A DNA stretch of 64,000 nt from Thalia democratica (taxonomy: Eukaryota). The notes under the pieces were generated by a model that saw only the letters and a list, made by a program, of their open reading frames with translations, did no database searches and was not told where the DNA came from. Made by a program: the position numbers and the translations under genes. The stretch's first letter is position 1; each line of letters starts with the position of its first letter. The stretch is from positions 31,124,001-31,188,000 of the forward strand of contig OZ241834.1 in the NCBI GenBank assembly GCA_965202585.1, read 5' to 3'. Of this stretch, positions 1-13,000 are shown piece by piece.

Positions 1-839
1 TTCAGTTATAAAAAAATAGAGTACGTTTGCTGTTTGGTAACATTAAAAAGCTATATAAACTATAAATAAAGTTGTACTGTTCAAGTGTTTATCTTTATTA
101 TCATCTAACTTAAAAATGCTTAAAGAAAAACTTCTGCTGACTGGTAAATAAGCACTTATATTTAGAAATATATTCATATAAACAGAGTTTAGAACAGCTA
201 AAATTTTGTTTCAACTAAAAGAATAAAAAAGGTATATAAAACTTATGAAAAACGTAACTGTAAAGCTATTTTGAATGCAACAACTATCAGCAGTTTTTAA
301 ACTATAAAAGTTGTAATAAAACAACGCTAATAATAAAAATCTATTAAATCAAATCAAGGTAACAAACTTGCCTGTATATTTATTTGTTGTATTACCAGTA
401 TATAACGGTTATTTATAATTTTAAGTTGTGTAGATTTTTTTAACTTTAGACATGTTGCATAAAAGTTAAAAATAAAGTACTCGTTGTTAAGAGTTTTATC
501 AAAAAAAATATCAAATTGTAGCTTAAAAAATTGTCATGTGAAGAAATAAATAGTGTTTTTTTTTTTTAATATAAGTTTAGTACATAGTTAAAGCGATTTT
601 GTTAGACGCATAAAATGTTATTGAGCAAAAATAGTTCAGAGAGAACGTTGAGAAATGTTTAAGTTCTAAATTATATGTTTTGATAAAAATCTTTGTCGTA
701 GCTAACTAAAAATAACGAATTTAGCTATGTTCTAAATTTAAACTACAAAGGTACTGAGAAAAAAAAGTTTGACTCAGACAAAAAGGCGCTTAGGAGTGTC
801 TACAAACAAAGCATTCATCAAAATCACATAACAGCTAAC

Positions 840-1023
840 CTAAAACAGACGCCATAATTTCTATTTTGTCTTCTCCATAACTGTTTGTTGCGGTAACATC
901 ATATTTCCCTCCGTCATCGACTGCAACCGACTTCAAATTGAGCTTCACCGTCGAGTTCTCCCTGACAAATTCAACGTTGTCGCTGCCGACGACGCTGGTA
1001 ATGAATTTGTCGTCTCCAGCGCT
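840..1023 (-). CDS. ttn: Exon 63 (I/A-junction-type Ig second half)
   Basis: VKLNLKSVAVDDGGKYDVTATNSYGEDKIEIMASVL then G|GTTAG. Confidence 0.87.
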
Positions 1024-4000
1024 CTGTGAATATGACAGGAAGGCTGTGATAATTGGTGACATTTGAGCTAACACCCGAGCGCGACCACTTGCTCGGCTTT
1101 CAGCGTTTGATTAATTGACTTGAAAGCCAAATTTGAACGCTGAACCTTTTGATTAACATTTAGCGCGCGCTTAGCTTCAGCTCGAGTTTTATTTGTGCAG
1201 CAGTTTTACTTATGCTCGAGTTGTATAACACCATCACTTCTTATGTAAATTATAGTACAGATTTATTTTTAAAGTTTTTGAATAACTTATAAAAATTAAA
1301 AGTCTAAACTAAAATAAAGAAAATTAAAAACATTCAAAACAACAAACTGTCTTTTTCCAACTGAACACGGGATCGGGAAACCCCAAATAAGCAACCACGA
1401 TCGAGTAGGGCTTGGAAGTCTTCATGACGACCTGGTCACTATCGTCAACCAATGTCAGAAGTTCCATCTTGGGCGGGCACGGAAAGCCGACCACGCATGT
1501 GGACTGGCAGGTCCTGTTCAACCGGGCCGTGTACCTACCCAGGTCGCCAGCACCAGCCTTGTTCACCACCAAGCTGTGCGTTTTTCCCTGTTGGCATGTA
1601 AAAATGATAAAATGAGAGGTACAAGTCGAAAGCAATCAAAAAATCAAAAAATGAAAATATTAAAAAGTGTGTTTTGCATTTAAATCAACTAAAAAGCGTA
1701 AATGTACAAACGGCTATGAAATTAACGTTATATATATAAAATAAAAACACAACGTTTTTTTTTTTTGGTTTTACCTAACTAATTGTTGTCCATTTGTACC
1801 TCACATTACACAAGTAGGTAAATCGATTACTTAAACATCTATTAATAGTGTTAAATTGAAAAGTATTAAATTTAACAGTATTAAAACATTCAATTAAGCC
1901 AGCAAACCTCAGCCGAGCACATGAGCTGGTGTTTCTCGCTGTTGCTTATTTCCTTGTCATTCAAAAGCCACTGGATTTTGTCGAGCTGGCTGATTTCGCA
2001 GGTCAGTTTGAAGGAACTTTTCAGCTTGACTTCGAGCTGGTCGGGAAGGACTTTGGTGAAGGTGGTCGATTTGCTCGAGGACCTTTTGCGCAAGACGTGC
2101 AGAGTTGTCCTGGATGAAACACGGTCGATTTTGCACTCGTATATGCCTGCATCGGATATCTAAAAAAAAAAAAGTTTATTAGGTTGATAGGGTGTTTTCA
2201 TATTATTTTTACAAAAAATTGAGTTTTTATGAAGTTTAAGAACTGTTAAAAAATTAGGCCACATGGGGTGTGAAAAAATTAATCAATTTTTATATAAGGC
2301 CTGTCTGTCAATTCACTACAGATATATATATATATATATATATATAAAATAAGGTTAATGTTTAAACTTAAACTCTTTCAACTGAGCCCACTTGAAGGGC
2401 TTTTAAATAATTTATTCAAATTATTATATATTATTATATATATATATATATATATAACTAATACATACTTTTTCTGTTTAGCTCAAAACATTTGTTTATG
2501 ATTTACTTTGTTTACTTTTAAAATGAGCTACTGAGTAAAAATTGTATTTTTGAATTATCTTTTTCTAAGCTGGGTTAAAACCTTGTGAGGTAAATACTTA
2601 TTTAATTTTATAAAAAGCCAATGTAACAAGTAAAAAGTAAAGTCTAAAAATAATATTTCTTTTGACCTCTGTATAAAATTTTAACCTGTATTTATTACGG
2701 CTATCATCAATAAAGTTGAGATGTTCTCGCCATTAATATGTGCTCTGTATGCAATTAAAAACAAAAAAAATTTGCCACAGAAATTTATATTTTTGTCACC
2801 AACTTTTACGTTTTTAATGATTAGCTGAAGCACGCCTTTATCTTCTTTTGTTGAAAATCTTTCGTTTTGTGCAACTTTCTTGTTGTCGTGAAACCACGTC
2901 ACAAACGACTTGTTCGGATACGTCACTTCACAGGTCATTATGACGTCATCGCCCTGATTCGACTTGACGGGCTTCAGCTCTTTGGTGAAGCTGACTTTTT
3001 CATCTGAATTTTTATAAATAATTTTTAAAAATCAGTTTAAAACACAAAACTCAAAACACAACCTGATCTCGAGTAAGATCTCGAGTATGTTCGCCGCAAC
3101 ATTTTCTTTTACTAATTGCCTTTATTACTGTTTGAACCTTACCATACTTACAATAAACACAAAATTTACAATTGACTTATTTTTAAAAAATGATTCTGTA
3201 AAAAAGAAGGAAAATAATCAATTCCAAAAATCTAGCGTTTAAAAAAAAAACTAATTCGTGTGCTCTTTCTTACTTAAACATCAGTGATTAAAAATAAAAC
3301 TGCAGTGCATATGCTTGAGTGAATAAGTGATGTAAAAAACACTTCTTGTTGCCTTCTTACACAAATCCCTAAGGAGCTTCAAAACAAATCCCCGATAATT
3401 TCGTCAGCTTACACTTTCTAGCGAGTGAGCGCGATTGAAACTACAAAGCGCGTCATTAAAAATTGTTATGTAATTAGCGTGGTTTTAATTAGTGTTTGTT
3501 TATTCAGAAAGAAATACTTTCGACAAAGCTTAAGGATAACGACGGTAAGTAGAACAAAACAGTATAGTTGATTACGAGATATGTGATAGAAAAAAAAATG
3601 TTCAAGTGATATAATTAGGGTAGTTTTCAAGTTTTTATTAGTAGGTAGAACATTCTTATTTATTTTCAATAAATTCCATTTTATAATACAGAAGAATAGT
3701 AAATAGTGTTATAAAACGTTTTCTATGGTTGATTTTAAAAAGCAAACAATTAAGAAGCATAATCTAGTTTAATTAACGATAACTTTACTCTGAAGTTTTA
3801 ATTTACGAACATTGCCAAATACTTTATTTATAAAACCTTATGCTTTTACACAAGTATACAATATAGATGGCTTTTTTGCATTTTAAAATAAGAATATATA
3901 AAATTTATGTTAAGCTTTATTTAAATATTTAAATAGTTATTAATAGTACGTTTAAGAAACATAATTTGAATTTTATTTTGTATAAACAAAAAGGAACAAC

Positions 4001-7000
4001 TTAATTATATTACATAAAGTCAGTAACACACTCACTTAAAAGTTAATAATTTAATTTTTTTTATAGCTTTTATAAAAACAGAAATAGAAGTATATGTGCT
4101 ACTTAATAGGTTATTTATAGTAACTTTTTATTCATGCAAAAGATTTTCACTTTAATTTACCGCACTTATTAAAATAATAAAGACAGAAATTATCAATTGT
4201 AAAGTTGTACCTTTATTGTACAAGGTATTTTAATAAAATGCATGAGTTGTAAATTATTATAGTTGCTATTGATAAGTTAAATCAAATAAATAAATTTTAA
4301 ATATATTAAATTAGTAAAAAAGGCATAATGTTTTAAGCGTAAATATTCATTTATTTTTTTTTAATTTATTTCTGTTAGCATTCTGTAATTTAACATCTGT
4401 TTAATACAAAAACAGTCTCAATATTTTTTAGTTAAGCTAAGTAGTTTAAAATTACTTTGGAAAGTTCAGTCGTTAACTTTTCAATCAGTCTTCAAAGCAT
4501 TTGAAAAATTAAAAAGGTTAATGTTAATTAGTTTTCAACAAACTTATGTTTCTTAAAACTTGGTAAATTTTCTTTCTTAAAGTTTTATTAAGTAAACTTA
4601 AAGTCTTTTGTAATTTTTATAAAAATATTTATATAATTAAATTAGTGATTTCTTTTAGTCCTAGTATTTAATATTTATAAGGTTGTAATCACAATTCCAA
4701 CTACGATAGAAAAAAAAGTATAATATATATCTTATATATATATATATATAATATAATCTTTAAAATTTGTTTTTGCATAAATTATTTTCGTAACAATCTA
4801 TACAAACCATATTCTGTGTTTACCAAAATCAACTTCTTGAATAGAACAAAACTACTACAAATAAATACTATAAAACCTATTTTTTTGTTAAGGTAGACAA
4901 CATAAGGTGTACAAATAAAAACTTTTTGAAAAAAGTTTTCGGAGTGTTTTTTTTGAATGGTATTTATTGTAACAGGATAAAAAACTCCTGATACTTTAAA
5001 ACTTTCTTGTAATCATAGTCTTACTTTTTGATAAAAGTGACTGTTTTTTATTACTTCATAGACTATTTGAAAGGTTTTTCACTTTTTTTTAATCAACTAA
5101 GCTTTACTTTTAGAAAAGTTTTATTTATTGATTTAAATTATCTTTTTAGAAATTAAAGAAATGAATATTACTAAATAAGAAAAAAAATAATGTCAAATAA
5201 AATGTGTCTCAAATACTTAAATATATTCAATTAACAAAATGAAAAACATTAGATTCCCTATGGCACTTTTTTAACTTAAAGGAATCTTAAATTCTAATAG
5301 AATTCATGTTTTGTGAGTTTAATAAAACTGTGATAACTTGATTAAGTTAATACTTTGTTGAACCTTTTTTAAACCAATTCAATTAAATAAAAATCGTAAA
5401 AATATAATTAAAAAAATTTTTCATACAGAGTTAGTGTATTACGAAAAGTATAGTTAAGCATATTAAAATTTTAACACAAAAGTTTATAAAACCGCATGCT
5501 AAAGGCTTAAATTAAAATTAAACTCGTAGACTTAATATTTGTTTCGATATTTAAAAGCATAAACAAGTTTAAAAAAATAGTTTAACATAAATAAAAAATA
5601 AGTATTTCATTATCTAAAAAGTACAACGTATCAAAAAAGTAAACGCCAACATATATTTTACTTAGATATAAAACTTCTATTTGCTGTAAATCACTTTGAC
5701 TTTAAACTTTTTTAACAAAGTATTTTAATACGAATATTTACCTAAAAGTGCTTTGTCAAAGATGTGATTAATTTTAATTTTAAATTTAGATATAATATAT
5801 TTAATTTTTCCTCTTTTTTTAAAGCTATATTCTGATATTTTTGAAAAACTTTAGTAAACTGTATCATAGTTAAATACAATTTAAACAATAAATTATCAAT
5901 TGAAAGATATAAAGTCTTCACCTAATAGTTTAGTGTGAACACACTATTATTATTTTTTCAATTCTGCACATAGCTTTAGAAAAGTTTTAAAATCACTAAC
6001 GTATAAAACAAAAGCATTGATTAAAATGTGGTAGTGTTTAAAAGTCGTTTTAAAAAACTTATTTGGTAGTCAAACAAACGGTTATTATTATAGAGTATTA
6101 TTACAATCGTTAAGTTTAGTAAATATTTATGTTTTAAACGCTTAATTTCTTTTATGGGATTTTTTAAATTATTAGCTTGTAATTACTTTTAAACTTTAGC
6201 ATAATATCGATAGTTATATTTAGATCAGAAGGTCTGATATATAAAATTAAAAAAATTTCATTGAAAATGTTGCTCGCAGGGTGTATAGAAAAAACTTTTC
6301 GTTGGCCGCAGTTATTTAAAGTACTTTTAATGATCAATAAAAAATACAATTTCTAAACAACAATGTGATTTTTAATGCAAAAAAAAGTCACTAGTAATTG
6401 ATAATTGTTTCAGTAATAGCCTACCTGTAAGTTTTTATAATATAAGTTATAAACGTTATAAAAGTATTTTAATAGCTGTAAGTTATATCACAGGCCTCAG
6501 TTCGCGAATCACTGATTTAATATCACAAAACTGTATATTAATCAACCTTAGTTTGTTAGTTTTAACCACATGTTATTTATATTTACAAATGAAAATATAA
6601 TAAAGAAAAAGAATTATATTGAACTCAACTACTGATTTTTTTTACATATTATAGTAAAACTACTTTGGCGTTTGAAAAAAAAAATAGCTAGCAAATTTGC
6701 TAATAACTTCTCACTTTAAGTTTTTTTAATTGACATCTAAACGTTCAAAAAGGTATCAACTGTTTTAATAACTTAGTCTTTACCTATTCCCTTAATTAAA
6801 TTTAGTAGAAGCAGTTAGTAAATATTAAAGTAGTTTAGTAAACAGCATATGAATAATCTGTTGTTTATTTTGGGACTTTTTGCTCCAAGCACGCCACGAT
6901 CAGTTTGATAAAAAGAAAGTTTATTTTTTGAAAATTTAGTTGAAAAACTGCTAGCATAACCTAGAGGTCAGTGGCCTTTATAACTTGATAGATATGTTTA

Positions 7001-10000
7001 AACCACAGGTCTTTTAATAAGAAATGTGTAAACTTTACGAGAAACGCTACTCGCGGGCACTGTATAAAAAGATCATTCGCAAGCACACTTATCTAAAATA
7101 ATTAAACTTTTGCGGTAATCAATAGAAATGAATAGTTTTAAATAAGTAAAGTTATAAATTATTTTATCACTATAGCACTAGTAATAAGTAGTTAAAAGTT
7201 CAAAAGCCTAAAAGGAAGTTTTTACCTTAAAAACCTTTTTAATATTTTAAATGTGTCTATTACGTGTGATAAAAACACACTTCGGACCAAATTTTGTCCG
7301 CGGGTCGTAGTATGCCAATCACCAGCATATTCACTAATTATTTTTTCTATTTAGAGACTTTTGTTTCGTTGTTTTAATGTTCGAAAATACTCGTTTGGCA
7401 AGAAGGCTTTGAATTTGTGTAGTGTAGTTTTCAAAAGTTAAAAGTTAGTATTTTAAATATAACTCTATGTTAAAGTTACATTATTTAATTACATTAAATA
7501 AAAGAATACTTTGACAAGTTCAAGTATTGTGTTTGTAATTTTTTTGAAATATGTGAGTCTATAAATAAGTTTTGAATAATCTTTAAAATTTTGTTGTATA
7601 TATCATAGTACACCTATTTTTAAAATATGCTATTACTTTCATAGAATGCAAACAGTTTAGAGAAACTTTAAGTATAAAAATTTTTAAGTAATTTTTTGGT
7701 CCAGCTACAGTTTAGTATTAAAAGTACAATGTTGACTTAGTTTAATTCAATAACAAATATGCTTGTGTACTTAAACTAAGCTCCAAACAAGTTTTACTTA
7801 AGTTAGTTTTATGTTATTTAGCAGAACATGCATTTAAACTTATCTTAAACCTTTACAACGATTAAGTTTTTATATAAATGTACATACTAATTAAACTTAC
7901 ATACGAATACGAATCTAGAAACAAAAACTATTAAAATTTTCTGTCGAGTTATTTAAACTTGTAAGTTAGCTGATATCATGAAGTAAATGTCAATTCTTAT
8001 ACCAATATATAAAATTTTGACAGTTTGTGATTTAATACTGAAAGTTTTTTTAGACTTTAAACCTATTTACATTCATTTTTTTAAAGATAAAAATTTGGTT
8101 AATAAAATAATTTATTTGGCATTAAAGTTTGGCATAGCTTTTATCGGAATTCATTCCGCCTACTTGCATACTGAATTACTTTTATAGGTATTATAAATAT
8201 TTTTTTACAATAAACAGAATAAAACAAAATTGATAATAAAAAAGTATGTGCTAAACGAGTGTAGTAAAAAATCACAAAAAAGTGCAACACTAGGTGGTGT
8301 AATTGAGAAATTATTACCGACCAATCACGCGCAAGAACGCAGAACACGTGACTTCTCCGAACTCGTTTGCCGCCGTCACTGAATATTCCCCGAAATCGCT
8401 GAAATAAATAAATTAGTTTCAATATATTCTAATAAAAAATGTTGAACTTAAAACATTTGACTGTTACCTGTGCTTGACTTTTTTGATTTCTAGGTAAGGT
8501 TTGGTTAGTGAATTTCCTATTTTGATTCCTACTTTTTCTGACAATTCTTTACCGTCCTTGTACCAAGTTATGTTTTTGGAGTTTGCGTGTTTCAACAAGC
8601 ATTTTAAACGAACCTGTGAAAAGGTTTAAAGTTTAAATTTGTTCGTGATTAGGTATTGATCAATGTTAATGTATTCAAAATACAAATTTCATAAACTAAT
8701 AAAAAACTAAAATCTTTTACAATTTTTAGTTGTTTCTCCTTTAAAGATCAATAATAGGTTTATACTAAAAAGTTTTAGTTACTTTATCGAAAATATAACA
8801 GATATAACAGACAAAAAAACTAAGTTTTTTTTTATTCTTACTTTATCTCCGTGTTTTACTTCCGCTGCAGACAGCTCTTTTGTGAATATCGGTGCTTCTA
8901 AAAGGTAGTCATCTACAAAAAGATTTTGTTAGAGTTAACAGTTAATGATTTATTTTCGACTTGCAGTGTGTTTTTTGCATAACAAGCAAGTGCTTATTTG
9001 TGGATCTAATTTTACGCTACTTATGAATGTTTGTGGATAAGATGATAGTAATTTTATTAAATGCCCTTTGCAATTTTAAATTGTGCTTTACATTATTAAA
9101 TGCTAAATAAACTGAAACAATTAAGAAAATCACATTAAAAACATTTTTCACACAAAGTACGTATTCATAAGGCATAACAGAACAGTTATACTTGTTTTAG
9201 TATCTAACCAAAACAAGATTTATCAAAAAACATCATTAATGAAGTAAATTTTCAACTTTTTTGCTAAAATAAAACAACAAACAATTTCGTGAGTACTTGC
9301 AACTACAGTTATAATGTTTATGTGCTAAAAATCTAAGTGCAAGTTTTTGTGCGGCTGCTACTTTAAAAACCAGTGAAATGTGCACTTTCAACTCGAAAAA
9401 CCAGTGTTTTTTTTCAAGTGAGTTCACCCTTTTTAGTAAAACCTTCAATTTCATCTTTCATTTGTTTTCTCCACGTATCGTCATCGCTACTGTTTGAAAT
9501 TTTCCGTTTGTTGGTCGGAACTTCCTTTTCCTCTGTCTGCACTTCCCTATCAACTAGATTCTGCGAGGGTTTATCAACGAACTGGTCGTGCTCACTGCTC
9601 ACCACCAACGTCGCTCTGCACTGAGTGCTCCCCTTCTCGTTTGAAGCCAGAACCTTGTATACTCCTGAGCTCGAACTCATGCTGCTGCTTATTATCAGGC
9701 ATCCCGCTTCGTTTCCATCGCTGATCACCTCGATCTTGTCCTTCATCGGCTCGACGGGCTCGTTGTTCCTGAACCACTGAACGCTCGTTTCGCAGCTGCT
9801 CGGCTTGAGGGTGTAGACGAAGTGCGCGGGCTGGCCCTCCGCAACGGAGCAATCCGAGATTGTCTTCAGAAATTCCGGAGGCTCGGTTTGAAAGCTTTTG
9901 TTATCATCCGCAGCTTTTTTGATGGTTTTTATTTCTTCCCTGATCACGGTCTTGATCTTGTCCGACCAGTTCTCGGTGAGCGCCATTTTGTACAGCGGCT

Positions 10001-13000
10001 CGTCCTGGCTCGCCGCCGAGTCCGACTCGACTTCGTCGTGTTTCCTCTTCGCGTCGCCCTCGTGCGGTGATTTAATTAGCTGCTGAATTGACTTGGAAAA
10101 TAAATTGACCGCATGGTGGCCTCCCTTCATCACCATGGACGGGTGGCTCATCAGCACGTCTCTGGTGGCAGAGGAGCTTTGACGATCTTCTTCCGTTTCT
10201 TCTTCTTCCAGATCGTCTTCGATGATATCTATGTTTGAATAAGGATTTAAATTTTCTCGTAAACGTTTTAGTAGAACGTGCGCGTTTTTTGTACTAATTT
10301 CACTGAAAAAAAAAGTTCTGCTAAGATGAAAATGTTGACTGATCTGAAAGCTGAGTCTGTCTAAACAAAACGTGTAACTAAACTAAAGCGTCTAAGTTTT
10401 AATGAATTTTTAACAACTGCGGTGTGTTGAACTTCAAATGCACTTGAAGACTGGTTCGTATGAAATCTAAAAAAATAATACCAGTTTCAAAACTCTATTA
10501 TTTTTGTCTTTTTAAACTAACACTCAACTCTAAAACATCAAGCAAAGCAACATTATGCACATTCGTTAGCGTTAGACCATTCCAAAAATCCAGAGTATTT
10601 AAGAAATAAAGATGACTTTGTTTATTTTAATAAGTTTAAAAAAATTTAAACATTATTAGACATAATTAAAATTTTACAAAATATTTTTTGAAGTGAAAAT
10701 AAGTTTTTCCTTTAATAGATAAAAAAGTCAGAAAAAAACTCTCTATTTGTTATTGTTTGAGGAGAATCTTTGTTTTAAGAATTTAACATGCTTGCAAAAT
10801 GTTTAACAAACTCTCAAATAGCTTTTTGACTAGTTTTGATATGTGAATAAATGTCATATCATGCCGTGAAATTATAGTCTTATAGTTAAGTACTGATAAA
10901 ATTTGTTAGTATTACTTTGGGTTTCCAGTAACACACTAAACTATATATCGTAGTAGGCTTTTTTGATACTTAGTTTTAGAATTTATTTGTCCTGTTTTAC
11001 ATCAGTGCCATAAGAAACACCTAATCTTATACAAAAACTGCTACGAGCGGTTTAGTTGTTATATTTTGAAAGAAACAATCGGCAATAACCTAGTGGTAGT
11101 TTAAAATAAAGTCTTACAATAAATAAAAGTGTTTTACACAAGTTTAGAAAAAATATATACGTATAACAACAAAATAAAACTAGTTTATGTATAACTTTAT
11201 TCTATCAATACAAGCATTCGAGTGATAAATGTTTAATTTTTAAAACATCTATTTTCAGCATGCAAAAGTATGTTTTAATGCTAATGAAGCTCACATGTTA
11301 ATATATTTTGATAAAACAATGGTGTATGTGAATAAAAACTAAATTTAATTAAAACTCTACAGAAACATTTACATGTAAAATATGCTGATAAGATTTTTTT
11401 AACTATTAACATTCTAACTTATATGTGTCAAAAATTTAAGTAAGTTAGTAAAACAAAAATAATAAAATGTAAAATAAATAAATCACTAAACAAAAATGGC
11501 TTAATTTCGATATGAAACTTAATAAATATAAAGAAAAAAGCATTTGTGATACACAAAAACGTTTGACAAAAATCATGCATAGTTATTTTTGTAACTAAAA
11601 CTTTTATTCCAGCTGGTAAAACTGATATCTAAAAAAAATCTACACTATAGTTTTTTTTTTTCAAAACATTTTCTATTACTATTTAAATACTTTTACTTGT
11701 AAAATATTTTTGGTATTCTTAGCTTATGGTTTTTTACCAAAAAAATTCGAGCACAGTGAAAACTTTTATCTTAAGACAAAATTTGTAAAACTTCAAAAAG
11801 GAAAGTGCAATATTTACTTTAAACTTATTTTTAGGTTTTTACTTACCTTTTTTAAAAGCTTTTTGATTTTTTACTGTAACGTTAAAAGTTTGCTTAAAAA
11901 GTTGTTTTTTATCACTTTCAGCAACAAAAACGTATTTGCCAGTGTGTTCAGTTTGAAAGTTATTTATTGTCAGCGAATATAAGTCTTCATTCATTTTATT
12001 GGACAGCTGAATACTATCACTCATATTTTTTACTTCAACGCCGTCCTTAGTCCAGGAGCACTTTTCTGGCTTTTTATGCTTTAAGCACGGACATAGGACT
12101 AGCTTTTCTCCCAAAGTCCCAAAACAATTTTCGGTCAGCTTATCGTTCACCAACTTGTCTTTTTTACCCTTGGAAATTTTTGGTGACAAACTAACAACAC
12201 CATTAAATTCGTCACTGGACGAAACTACCATATCAGCTATCAAGGTAGTGCAGCTGGAAGTTGAAATGTCACTAGATGAGCTGTTGAGGAGAATTGACAA
12301 GTGCTTGCTCGACTCATCATCTGTAAAAACGTCGCAAGTCCCGTCCAAAAACGAAATGTCTTTGGTGGCAATGGTGTCGCAGTCTGAAAACACGCTCGTG
12401 TCGTTGCTGCCTGCTGGAGATGTGTCATATTGATGTGTTGAGGCGGAAATACAATCATCAGCAGGAGATGGGCCACCTAGATGCGTTGAGGTAGACGCGC
12501 AGTCATCAATGACTATCTTAGGAGCGTCTGTTCGAGATGGGATCTTACCTGAACCACTTGCTTCAAGGTCATCGTCACTCAAAGTTTTGTTGTGATGCGT
12601 TGAGGCGGAATTGCAGTCAACAACAACGATCTTTGGAGCGTCTGTTTGATTCGTCATTTTGTCCGTGCAACCACTCGTCTTAGGAGGATTTATTTCAATC
12701 GGTATATTGTCCATCGAACCACTTGTTTTAGGCTCTGCGATGCTCAAAGTTTCGAACACGGCGTCGTTGTCCTGCAGATCGTTCCTGCTGCTGCACCTTG
12801 TTGGCAGTTTCGTGCTGGTGCTTCGAGGGGAGAAGTTTTCGGGTATGGATCCGTTGAATGAGTTGAGGAAGGAGCAATCTTCCGTTCCTACCGTTTCGCA
12901 GTCGGAAAACATGCTGATCGTAGTTGATTCATCCAAGTTATCGCTACTCAGTTTCTTCAGTCTGTCTTCCAAAACTTTTTCACTGTTGCATTTATCAGAA

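Noticed and set aside
1024-1110. N-terminal extension of ORF 835-1074 (MLAQMSPII...)
   Set aside because: Upstream of the only phase-0 acceptor (CAG at 1024), so treated as intron.
2681-2803. C-terminal extension of ORF 2681-2938 (KNINFCGKFFLF...)
   Set aside because: Intron read-through; the Ig continues in frame via the donor at 2803 into ISDAGIYEC at 2159.
3466-8187. Short AT-rich ORFs in the 5.3-kb intron and similar ones elsewhere (11710-11982, 14529-14744, 51928-52110)
   Set aside because: F/L/K/I-rich translations typical of random AT-rich DNA, with no splice or domain support.
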